Origin: Thermoplasmata archaeon
GTDB lineage: Archaea; Thermoplasmatota; Thermoplasmata; Halarchaeoplasmatales; Halarchaeoplasmataceae
Assembly: GCA_007129655.1 (NCBI GenBank)
Contig: SKVC01000023.1
Span: forward strand, 1 to 39,192
Reading direction: 5' to 3'
Length of the DNA stretch: 39,192 nucleotides
Shown here: positions 1-8,526 of the stretch, piece by piece
How the letters are laid out: the number at the start of each line of letters is the position of its first letter
How positions within the stretch are numbered: the first letter of the stretch is position 1
Notes under the pieces: generated by a model
What the model was told of the DNA's origin: nothing
What the model saw: the letters and a program-made list of their open reading frames with translations, nothing else
Databases searched by the model: none
Translations under genes and position numbers: made by a program

Positions 1-110
1 AAGACCAACGGTAGGATCAACGGCAGGGTAAACGGTAAAGTCAATGGTAAGACCAACGGTAGGATCAACGGCAGGGTAAACGGTAAAGTCAACGGCAAGA
101 CCAACGGTAG
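1..110 (+). repeat. In-frame 48-bp tandem repeat (2.3 copies visible, continues off the window) encoding KTNG-RING-RVNG-KVNG
   Basis: Nt 1-48 and 49-96 are identical except at positions 45 and 48 of the unit (aat/aac, ggt/ggc). A third copy starts at nt 97 (aagaccaacggtag..). Each unit consists of four 12-nt sub-repeats of the form xxx-xxx-aac-ggy. Confidence 0.9.
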
Positions 111-3100
111 AAATGATAGAAAAGAAGAATTAGAACAACCTGAATTATTCGCTACTAATACAACGGATTCTACCAGTTTGTCTGCCGATGATGGTTTAAT
201 AAACGGCCTAGGTGGGGTCAGCGGACCTACTAAAGACTTCTCTGGTACCATTCCTCTAAACGAAATCAGTCTACCAGATGACGAAGGCTTGATAAATGGA
301 TTTGCTGTCTCCGAGGATGCTTCCTTAGTACAAGGAGATACTATAAAAGATACTTTCGATATGAGTGAATTGTTTGAAGAAGAAAGACGTCTTAAACCCA
401 GAGGAGGGGGTTCAGATTGGTTTAAGAAAGGTATCGGTGTCGTAGTAATAATGTTCTTTTTACTATTCCTCCCAGTGATGCTGAATATTCTCTATGTACC
501 TGTTGAAGAAAGGATATCAATAGATGGTGATTTTGACGACTGGAGAGCGGTAAGAGCATATTTTGATCCACCGGCACCGCATGATATAGAGAGTATAGAT
601 ATAAGAGAGTACAAACTCGTTGAGAGTGATGGTTTCCTATACATGTATCTACAAACTTTAGGAGATTTATTTATGACCGGAGAGAGGGTAAGCTCTATTC
701 GCTTCTTCATAGATATAGATACTGAAGAGGGATATAGTATTGGAGGATTAAGAGCGGAGTACATGCTTGAAATATATGGCTGGGAGGGGGAATTAAAGGG
801 AACATCATTCCACAATTTTAACCGTTCTCGAGACATGAACGATTGGAATGGTTACCAACAGACCGGAAGTGCCCGAGTTCATTACAGTGATAATGAATTG
901 GAAACCAGAATTTGGATAGGTTCACAAAACGATGATGTTTCACCCCAAATATTCATACACACCATGGCTGGTGATCATTGGGATTATAGTGAAGGACGAG
1001 TTATCCCGGAAAAAGATTCAATAGTAGGTAGAGTAGAAAAGGTAGGTCCAAGAGTTGTCCAACCGGGGGAAACGGTACCTATACTGCAACTTTCCGCTTT
1101 CTCTCTTTCAGGAGAAGCTACTTTGGATAATTTAACCATAGATTATAATGAATATTCAGAAGAGTATATAGACGAAATTATTCTCTATGAAGGAGATATC
1201 AATTCTGTGGATATCGAAAGAGATAACCCACTTTACCGTGTAAGCAATTTCAACGGCTCTGCCATACTTAATCCAAATGATATTGTCAATGAAACTATCA
1301 CCGATTATTTAATCGCTGCAAAAATATCTACGGATGCAACCTATGAAAGTGTCATCGGACTTCACATCTCCGGTATGGAGGCACGTGAAGGTATAGCATC
1401 TATACAGAAAACAAGGGTCGATAATGTATATGTAAGCAATATACCAGCAGAACCACGCGTAAACGGGGCCTTTATCGATTGGAACTACCAACCAGTATGG
1501 GACGATCCTCTAGACGATCTCTCACCTGTTGGCACGTGGAATCCTAATATCGATATAAGACAGTACTCCGCGGTTGGTTCGACAGCTTTTATGATGAGTG
1601 TAGAGGGAAACATGTTGGGTGGTGTCGATGTTCCCTATGCGAGAGGACGACCGCCTGAGCTTGTGGATAGCGATGGAGATGGGATCCCTGATATTTATGA
1701 TCCCTTTCCAAACGATTTTACCAATGATGGTACACCGGATAGCGAGATGCTCACTCCCGAAGGGCTCCCAGACGTTGACGGAGATGGGGTCGCAGACTGG
1801 CCTTATGGCCCTGATAAATGGCTGAATACCACCATACCGGAACATCCGGATATACCGGAAGAATACTGGGGGCGCGAGGTCAGCCGTTACATCGGACCGG
1901 TTATTTTACCTGTACGAACAGGAGAGGACTACGTTCGAATCTTTATAGATGCCGACAGTACCAGCTCCACAGGTTATAGTGCGCCCTGGCTAACAATTGG
2001 TGCCGAATATATGATCGAGATCCGCGGACGCAACATGGATGTAACCCAAGCGGAGTATTATAGGTACACCGGAACACGAACTGATTGGTCGTGGGAATCC
2101 ATGGGAGAGGTTCCGGTCGCACTTAACGCAACCAGCATAGAAACCGCTCTTGATACACAGGCTTTGGGGATACCCGATGACTTCGAGGTGGCATTTGTAG
2201 CTACCGACTGGCAAAACAATCTTGACACCGCTTTAATTAACGAAAACAATATGGACGATTGGCGAACCCGTTCATCTTCCGAAAGATACCGGTTGTATCT
2301 GCGGGACAACAGTGAGATGCTTTATGGAACGGGAGATACTGAAGAAATCGTCACTTTGGATAACAAAGGTCCAATTTCTCATAACTGGAATTCTCCGCCT
2401 TTGGCTGGAGATATTGAAATTTCCGGAACTATGTATGTTCACATGTATCTTGTCCCGGGGTCGTCCGGAAGTAATCATCCGGGATTACAGATAACCATCT
2501 CTCACGAAGGTGGAACTTTGGGTACTGGTGAACTACCCTCGGTTAGTAGTTCCGGTTGGTATACTATCTCCGTGCCTGTCGAAAGTTACACGATCCCTAC
2601 GGAGAACACCATCTCATTGGAAACTACGATAACCGGGGAAGCCGGAAAATTGAGTATGGACATATATCATAACTCGGAGGCAAGAGATTCCAGATTATCC
2701 ATACCTACCACTACCCACATATCCGTTGACGATTTGTATACATTAGACGACGATGGTGAGGAACAGAATTTCTTCCAACCTGGTGAACTGGTCGATGTTA
2801 ACGCAGAAGTAACCCATCCGTTAACTACCGAACTCATATCTGAGGTAAGTATGTCGGTTTATTACCCCGACGATACGCCCTTTGTACAGGATCAAGTGAT
2901 GTCAATGAAAGAGGTAGATATTTCGACACCTCCTTACTGGAATATTTTTAATGGATCCTTCATATTAGAAGAAGAATCACCAAGAGGGATTTACAGAGTA
3001 GAAGTCACAGCAACCGATATGCAAGGGATAAAATCCGTAAACGAAACAACTTTTATCATACCAGTCGATCCGGGAGTAGCGGTTTATCCCGACGTAACCG

Positions 3101-4749
3101 GAACCACGGAACCGGGATCTTGGATAAGTTATAACGTTCAGGTGCAGAATATAGGAAATGTAGATGAAGGATATATTTTGACCGTCTCTGAATCTAGCAG
3201 AGGTTGGGCCACGGAGTTGAGCCATGGTGGAGATGTGATAGCAACGGATGACGACGGTAATGGCAACTGGGATTGGGTTGACCCAACTTGGGATGCTAAC
3301 GATACCGGAGCACCGGTTGTATATATGGTTCCAGAAGATAAGATGACTTTTACAGTTTCCAAATATGCACCGGAACATGCCGAAGGGCAACAGGATACAA
3401 CTTCATTCTTTGCCCATTCTCAGAAATTTGAAGATGTTTTTGATTATTCTATATTAACCACAAATACGCCTTATCTATCCACCTCGAAGGCTCTTTATCT
3501 TCATGATGGTTTTACAATGGATACCATGATGGGTACCTCAACTACTTCTACCACGGTACCTGCAGATGGGAGTCAAACATGGACACAAGAACCACCTCTT
3601 GAACGTGATCTTAGCCTTATAGATTATGCTACCGTTCATCTTTACATTATTCCCGATATTCAGGGTCACCAACGACCGGATGTTTCGGTGTCTTTGAGTG
3701 AATCCGGCTCTTTCATAAACTCTTTTTCCATACATGGAATAGATACAGAGGGTTGGTATGAGTTCCCTATTGGTACTGATGTATTACTCAGCGAAGGAAA
3801 CCAATTGGAAGTTACAGTCTCTTCCGGTACCAGAGGTATAGATCTTAACTACGATTCAGGAACTTACCCTGCTAGAGTAGAATTCAACACTGACTCTTAC
3901 ATACGTCTTGAAGAAATTCGAACTTTCCTTGACGAAACCGAAACGGACGAATTCTCAGCTGGAGATACAGTGACTATTAGAGCTAGGATCTCGGACCCCT
4001 TCGGTGCCTACAATATCGCCGGTGCGATCATGAACATAACCGACCCGGATGGTGTGGAGTTGGTAACGGAACAACCCATGACAGTTATGGAGAACGGTCT
4101 TCTATCCGACACCGTGGGTATATGGTACGAAGGAGATTACACACTGTCGGAAGAAGCGGTAGTCGGTGATTATACGGCAGAGGTAACGGCGACGGATGAA
4201 CAGAGTCTTGAAGACGAAGGTGATTCGTTGTTCCAGGTACCGGCCGGTGTGGAGGTGGAGCCGGACCATGAGGGAGAAGCACAGGCAGGTACGATAGTCG
4301 AATATCAACATACGGTAACTAACCTGGGCAGAGGTAACGACAGGTTCGAGTTGAGTGCATCATCTTCTTTGGGATTCAATGTTACATTACTAGATGAAGA
4401 AGGCAACATCATAACGAACACCGGGGTACTCAAGATGGGTGAATCCATCAACATCACCGTGAGGATAGAGATACCTGAAGACGCGGAAACCGGCATGGAG
4501 GATGTGACAACCATAACCGCCACTTCGATGAGAGATGGTTCAATATCAGACTCCGCAACAGATACTACGAGTATCTCAGAGTTCACCGATATGATGTTAC
4601 CTATTGGATTTGTGTTTTTCATGTTCTTTGGTTGGTTTGTACATCGAAGAATGGTACTGGATAAAAACGTAGAGGTTAAAGAAAAAGAAATACCCGAGGA
4701 TAAATCTAAAGTAGAAAGTAAGATACCTCAAAAAGAGGTGGTAACGTGA
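1..4749 (+). CDS. Giant cell-surface protein anchored in the membrane at both ends; 5'-partial, frame open to the left window edge
   Basis: Frame +1 has no stop from nt 1 to the TGA at 4747-4749. The track's TTG at 178 lies inside this open frame, so the true start is probably left of the window. The N-terminus is basic (K/R)xNG repeats followed by GLINGL/GLINGF motifs. TM1 is GIGVVVIMFFLLFLPVMLNILYV (about nt 430-498), preceded by RRLKPRGGGSDWFKK. The acidic ectodomain is about 1360 aa and contains a duplicated module (IDGDFDDW..IDIREY..RFFIDIDTEEGY..AEYMLEIYG versus FIDWNY..IDIRQY..RIFIDADSTSSTGY..AEYMIEIRG). It also has two DxDGDGxxD calcium-binding-like motifs (nt 1666-1815) and two Ig/CARDB-like segments (..SYNVQVQNIGNVDEGYILTV.. 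and ..EYQHTVTNLGRGNDRFELS..). TM2 is MMLPIGFVFFMFFGWFV (nt 4591-4641), followed by HRR and a 31-aa K/E-rich tail. Confidence 0.75.
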   Translation, partial: KTNGRINGRVNGKVNGKTNGRINGRVNGKVNGKTNGRNDRKEELEQPELFATNTTDSTSLSADDGLINGLGGVSGPTKDFSGTIPLNEISLPDDEGLINGFAVSEDASLVQGDTIKDTFDMSELFEEERRLKPRGGGSDWFKKGIGVVVIMFFLLFLPVMLNILYVPVEERISIDGDFDDWRAVRAYFDPPAPHDIESIDIREYKLVESDGFLYMYLQTLGDLFMTGERVSSIRFFIDIDTEEGYSIGGLRAEYMLEIYGWEGELKGTSFHNFNRSRDMNDWNGYQQTGSARVHYSDNELETRIWIGSQNDDVSPQIFIHTMAGDHWDYSEGRVIPEKDSIVGRVEKVGPRVVQPGETVPILQLSAFSLSGEATLDNLTIDYNEYSEEYIDEIILYEGDINSVDIERDNPLYRVSNFNGSAILNPNDIVNETITDYLIAAKISTDATYESVIGLHISGMEAREGIASIQKTRVDNVYVSNIPAEPRVNGAFIDWNYQPVWDDPLDDLSPVGTWNPNIDIRQYSAVGSTAFMMSVEGNMLGGVDVPYARGRPPELVDSDGDGIPDIYDPFPNDFTNDGTPDSEMLTPEGLPDVDGDGVADWPYGPDKWLNTTIPEHPDIPEEYWGREVSRYIGPVILPVRTGEDYVRIFIDADSTSSTGYSAPWLTIGAEYMIEIRGRNMDVTQAEYYRYTGTRTDWSWESMGEVPVALNATSIETALDTQALGIPDDFEVAFVATDWQNNLDTALINENNMDDWRTRSSSERYRLYLRDNSEMLYGTGDTEEIVTLDNKGPISHNWNSPPLAGDIEISGTMYVHMYLVPGSSGSNHPGLQITISHEGGTLGTGELPSVSSSGWYTISVPVESYTIPTENTISLETTITGEAGKLSMDIYHNSEARDSRLSIPTTTHISVDDLYTLDDDGEEQNFFQPGELVDVNAEVTHPLTTELISEVSMSVYYPDDTPFVQDQVMSMKEVDISTPPYWNIFNGSFILEEESPRGIYRVEVTATDMQGIKSVNETTFIIPVDPGVAVYPDVTGTTEPGSWISYNVQVQNIGNVDEGYILTVSESSRGWATELSHGGDVIATDDDGNGNWDWVDPTWDANDTGAPVVYMVPEDKMTFTVSKYAPEHAEGQQDTTSFFAHSQKFEDVFDYSILTTNTPYLSTSKALYLHDGFTMDTMMGTSTTSTTVPADGSQTWTQEPPLERDLSLIDYATVHLYIIPDIQGHQRPDVSVSLSESGSFINSFSIHGIDTEGWYEFPIGTDVLLSEGNQLEVTVSSGTRGIDLNYDSGTYPARVEFNTDSYIRLEEIRTFLDETETDEFSAGDTVTIRARISDPFGAYNIAGAIMNITDPDGVELVTEQPMTVMENGLLSDTVGIWYEGDYTLSEEAVVGDYTAEVTATDEQSLEDEGDSLFQVPAGVEVEPDHEGEAQAGTIVEYQHTVTNLGRGNDRFELSASSSLGFNVTLLDEEGNIITNTGVLKMGESINITVRIEIPEDAETGMEDVTTITATSMRDGSISDSATDTTSISEFTDMMLPIGFVFFMFFGWFVHRRMVLDKNVEVKEKEIPEDKSKVESKIPQKEVVT

Positions 4750-4819
4750 ATCTGGCAGATTTTACAAAAATTAAATATACTGTTGGAGACACTTCAATAC
4801 AAAAAAGGGGTGCACAGAT
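4750..4819 (+). promoter_or_regulatory. Candidate promoter and SD for the zinc-ribbon gene
   Basis: An A/T box, aaaaattaaatatac, lies at about 4765-4780, roughly 40 nt upstream of the TTG start. A GGGGTG SD lies at 4807-4812, 7 nt before the TTG at 4820. Confidence 0.35.
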
Positions 4820-7800
4820 TTGAGCGAGGAACCCTTGATATGCCCTATATGCGGTAAAGACAACCCAAACGATATAACCCGCTGCAAAATATGTGGCAGC
4901 TCACTGGAAGTTATGGATTCACAAGATAAAAGCATACTTCAGGCACTTCAGCATATCCAAGGAGTGGGCAGCCATAAAGCTAAGAGGATAGTGGACTCCG
5001 GCATCACCTCTCTAGATAAATTGGAAAGTGCGGATCTAGAAAGTTTTCTTAGAGTGGATGGTATAGGAGAATCTACAGCAAAGGATATAATGGAGGCCAT
5101 CGAAGGGTCAAAAAAAGACGAAGGAGGCCTCTATTTATGTGGTGAATGTGGTGCCTTTGTAGGAAAGTCAGCATCTACCTGTTATAATTGTGGAACAAAA
5201 ATGGAGGATGAGGAAGACGAAGATACAGGCGAAGATGCTGAGATAGAGGAATTTATAGATGATGAAATTAAAGAGACGGATGAAGAGGGTTCATTATACT
5301 TGTGTGGAAATTGTGGATCTTTTATCTCAGACAACAATATTACATGCCCCTACTGCAACGCAGCCCTTGAAGACGACGTCGATTTTGATGATACAAACGA
5401 TCTTATTGACGAATCTTTGATAGAAAGGGATGAAACTGCGGAAGTTGAAGAGGAAGAGGAAGAAAGTGGACTCTATTTATGCGAGAACTGCGGTTCTTTT
5501 GTTAGCGCTTCATCAGACGTTTGTACCCTTTGTGGCTTTTCATTTTTGGAGGACGAAGAAAAACACGAGAAACCGCGTGAGGAACTCCCCGATGATTTAG
5601 TGGACGATCTTATCAAGGAATCTGAAGAAGAACTTAAACCAGAATCTATTAAGTATGAAGTTGAAGACGATTTCTCGACAGACGATTTAGAATTAGACGG
5701 GATCGAACTAGAAGAAGAGCAACCGACAGACGATTTAGAATTAGATGGGATCGAACTAGAAGAACAACCGATGGGAGAACTAGAAAACGAACAATTTGAG
5801 ATAGATGAAAATTGGGTGATAGACGAACTAGAGGTAGATGAATCCGACTTAGAAGAACTGGATCGCGAGATAGATAGTGCACTGGATATTGAATATGGAA
5901 TTACTGCAGATTCTACCGGCGATGTGTCCCTTGGGGGAGATATAAAACTATGTGGGAATTGTGGACATTTATGTGATGAAAAGGAAAACATCTGTTCCCT
6001 GTGCGGTCATGAATTTGGAGATATAAAAGAATTAGAATCCGACTCTTTTGAAGAAACCCATGAAGAGGAAATGTCAAAAGTTACTGACACAATGCTTAAG
6101 GCATTGGGTGTCAAAGAGTTGGCAGATGTAGACGTTACCGAAGAGGAACAGGGTGTAAATGTATGTACAGTTTGCGGAGCTTTCCGTAGGGAGAACTCCG
6201 ACAGATGTCCAATCTGTGGTACACTCTCCTCAGAAGCTCCGGATATAGAACTATCAGAAGATATTCGAGAAAGTAGATACACCGAAGATAAGTTGTATAT
6301 TTGCGATGCCTGCGGTGCTATGGTTACCGGAAGGCAAAAATCATGTTCTATATGTGGTAGTAATCTTGAATTAGCTAGAAGAGAAATAGAAGAGGAAACT
6401 TTAGGGATCGAGGAGGATAAAAACGACGATATAATATCTGCCTTTTTTGGAGATTACAAAGGTCTAGATATAGATGAAAAAATAGATGACGAAAGTATCA
6501 GCTTCTGTGATGTTTGTGGCGCATTAGTCGGGCAGGATGCGGATAATTGTTCCATATGCCAGTCTTCATTAGTTGAAGAATCAAAAGATGACATCAAGGG
6601 TGCGGAGTTCTATTTTGGTGTCGACGAGGTTACCGATGATGATATTTTACAAATTGAAGAGGAGATAGAAACTGAATTAGATGAGGACGAAGAAGAAGAT
6701 ATCAGTGAATTACTATCACAACTTGATCAGGACGAGGATTTTCAGGATTTAGATTCTATTACCAAACTACTGGAAGAACATGAAGATATTTTGGAGAATG
6801 AACCTGAGATAGAATCACAATTAGAAGGAGCGGAATATATTGATGAATTAGTGGACAAAGAACTCAATATTGATGAAGTTGAAAAAGAAGAAGAAGTGAC
6901 TGAAGAAGAACCAATTGATGAATTTGAAATAGAAGATGTGACTGAAGAACAACAAATCGATGAAAGGGAAATTATAGATGAATTAGTAGAGAATGAACTG
7001 CAGTTGGAAGATGATTTTACAGAAGCTGATATCGAAGATGATGAAGATTTAAAAGATATCCTTAAAAATATATCTGATTATAAATATGAACAGACTAAAA
7101 CAGAAGAACTTGAAGAATTCGATGTTAGTGCAGTTCTAGATGATATCAGTCATGATGTAAAGGAAAGATCAGAGGAAATAAGGTCTTCTAAGGAAACCGA
7201 ACATAAAGCAGATGAGGAATGGATGCGCTGTCCGTCCTGCGAATCTTATGTAGATGTAGATAGTGATTTTTGTGGAGTTTGTGATCATTCGTTCTCTGAT
7301 ACGTTGGAAGAAGAAACAGCGATCCCTTCGACTAGTGAACCGGTAAAAACATCGCAACCATATGCAGAAGAGATTGATGCGGATTGGATCGATGATGTCA
7401 TCAATGAACCGGTTAAGGCTAAGGTAACTAAGAAACCAGAAAGATATCAACCACCGAGCATGATCAAAGGAAACCTTGATCGGATAAAGGAATACGAAGT
7501 ACCTATTTCTGGCATATCTTTACTGGCTTTCGGTGGTTTATCTATGTATTCCTATGGTGAATATGGCCTTCAGTTTTTAATGGGTGTCGGGCTAGTCATG
7601 GTAGGAATTTTCATGGGTTTGGGAATATTAACACTTATACTCTTAAGACATGAATATTTGAAAGATTCATATCAAGGATTATTAGGTTATTCTATCGCTT
7701 TGATAATGGCGGCATTCGTACCTGTAAATATTTGTTTATTAAGTTTACCTTTACCACTTATTGCAAATGTAGGAGTCTTAGGTATGTCACTTGGGATCTT

Positions 7801-8521
7801 CTGGATATTAGACTTTAAAATACATCCAAAATATCGTTATTATATGCTCTGGTTTTTTGGAATCATACTTATCTTTATCGTGTTGAGTAGTTCATTGATA
7901 TCAAATATGTCTACATACAGTGAATTAGGTTATCCAATTATCATGTCTATGGGTTTGGGGGGTGTTTTGGTATTCGGAGGCACATTGAAGTGGTATAAGC
8001 AGATAAATGTGGACACCCAAGCTTACGAAAGCATCAGAACAGGTCACAGGCATCTTATCATGGGAGATTACGAAGATGCCCTCGTTAATTTAGAAAGGGC
8101 AAACATGATTTCACATAAGAACGAAACAGAGACTCAAAATAAAGACAATTCAGCACTCTACAGTAAAGGTCTAGCACTCTGTAGTATGGGAGAATTCCAA
8201 AAAGCCGTAGAAATATTTAAAGATGTATTAAGGGCAGATCCGGATAATGTATGTGCATGGAACAATTTAGGGACTGCACACAGTAGAATGGGAAATCAAA
8301 AGAAAGCTATAATGTGTTTTAAACACGCATTGAACGGAGATCCGACATACGAAATATCTTGGAACAATCTCGGCAACGCCCTTTATAGGTCGGGAGAATA
8401 TTCGAGAGCTCTTGATTGCTATGATAAAGCTCTAGAATTGAACTCAAGTTACAGGGATGCTAACATCAATAAATCTCAGGCATTAATCAAGTTAGGGCAT
8501 AGCGGTTCTCGTATAGCTTAA
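4820..8521 (+). CDS. Multi-zinc-ribbon / HhH / hyper-acidic / polytopic membrane / TPR protein (1233 aa), function unknown
   Basis: The TTG start has an SD. There are nine CxxC-x9-11-CxxC modules at aa 8-25, 107-124, 162-179, 221-238, 378-395, 449-466, 495-512, 563-580 and 804-821. Four of them are preceded by a (G/S/K)LY(L/I)C motif. Two HhH motifs occur at aa ~40-95 (IQGVGSHKAKRIV, VDGIGESTAKDIM). Long D/E-rich linkers separate the modules. About six hydrophobic helices span aa ~897-1055 (nt ~7508-7984). C-terminal TPR-like repeats span aa ~1075-1225 (AWNNLGTAHSRMGNQKKAIMCFKHALNGDP, SWNNLGNALYRSGEYSRALDCYDKALELN). Confidence 0.85.
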   Translation: MSEEPLICPICGKDNPNDITRCKICGSSLEVMDSQDKSILQALQHIQGVGSHKAKRIVDSGITSLDKLESADLESFLRVDGIGESTAKDIMEAIEGSKKDEGGLYLCGECGAFVGKSASTCYNCGTKMEDEEDEDTGEDAEIEEFIDDEIKETDEEGSLYLCGNCGSFISDNNITCPYCNAALEDDVDFDDTNDLIDESLIERDETAEVEEEEEESGLYLCENCGSFVSASSDVCTLCGFSFLEDEEKHEKPREELPDDLVDDLIKESEEELKPESIKYEVEDDFSTDDLELDGIELEEEQPTDDLELDGIELEEQPMGELENEQFEIDENWVIDELEVDESDLEELDREIDSALDIEYGITADSTGDVSLGGDIKLCGNCGHLCDEKENICSLCGHEFGDIKELESDSFEETHEEEMSKVTDTMLKALGVKELADVDVTEEEQGVNVCTVCGAFRRENSDRCPICGTLSSEAPDIELSEDIRESRYTEDKLYICDACGAMVTGRQKSCSICGSNLELARREIEEETLGIEEDKNDDIISAFFGDYKGLDIDEKIDDESISFCDVCGALVGQDADNCSICQSSLVEESKDDIKGAEFYFGVDEVTDDDILQIEEEIETELDEDEEEDISELLSQLDQDEDFQDLDSITKLLEEHEDILENEPEIESQLEGAEYIDELVDKELNIDEVEKEEEVTEEEPIDEFEIEDVTEEQQIDEREIIDELVENELQLEDDFTEADIEDDEDLKDILKNISDYKYEQTKTEELEEFDVSAVLDDISHDVKERSEEIRSSKETEHKADEEWMRCPSCESYVDVDSDFCGVCDHSFSDTLEEETAIPSTSEPVKTSQPYAEEIDADWIDDVINEPVKAKVTKKPERYQPPSMIKGNLDRIKEYEVPISGISLLAFGGLSMYSYGEYGLQFLMGVGLVMVGIFMGLGILTLILLRHEYLKDSYQGLLGYSIALIMAAFVPVNICLLSLPLPLIANVGVLGMSLGIFWILDFKIHPKYRYYMLWFFGIILIFIVLSSSLISNMSTYSELGYPIIMSMGLGGVLVFGGTLKWYKQINVDTQAYESIRTGHRHLIMGDYEDALVNLERANMISHKNETETQNKDNSALYSKGLALCSMGEFQKAVEIFKDVLRADPDNVCAWNNLGTAHSRMGNQKKAIMCFKHALNGDPTYEISWNNLGNALYRSGEYSRALDCYDKALELNSSYRDANINKSQALIKLGHSGSRIA
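5678..5770 (+). repeat. In-frame tandem duplication (48 + 45 nt) encoding TDDLELDGIELEE(E)QP twice
   Basis: The first copy is acagacgatttagaattagacgggatcgaactagaagaagagcaaccg. It is followed by acagacgatttagaattagatgggatcgaactagaagaacaaccg. A weaker 42-nt duplication (gtgactgaagaa..gatgaa) lies at about 6896-6979. Confidence 0.85.
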
Positions 8522-8526
8522 ATATT

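Noticed and set aside
1-110. Tandem repeat at the window start as a possible CRISPR array or satellite
   Set aside because: The units are directly adjacent with no spacers. The repeat is in frame with the downstream ORF with no stop codon, and it has a 12-nt codon-level sub-periodicity. It is a coding tetrapeptide repeat.
4591-4749. PGF-CTERM/archaeosortase-type sorting signal at the C-terminus of the surface giant (..LPIGFVFFMFFGWFVHRR..)
   Set aside because: It superficially resembles P-G-F + hydrophobic helix + basic residues. However, the motif reads PIGF, and 31 further residues follow the HRR, so the helix is not at the extreme C-terminus. I treat it as an ordinary TM anchor unless a profile search says otherwise.
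5473-5991. 172-aa Ser-rich ORF (and the 77-aa ORF at 5649-5882) antisense to the zinc-ribbon gene
   Set aside because: It is a shadow of the GAA/GAT/GAG-rich sense strand, whose antisense reads as TTC/ATC/CTC and yields S/L-rich low-complexity peptide. It has no SD or recognisable motif and lies entirely within a well-supported gene.
4841-7282. The nine CxxC..CxxC modules as rubredoxin-type redox centres, or as remnants of a transposase or TnpB zinc finger
   Set aside because: The spacing between Cys pairs (9-11 residues) and the lack of aromatic rubredoxin core residues fit zinc ribbons. There is no RuvC, DDE or HTH transposase signature, and no terminal inverted repeats flank the gene.
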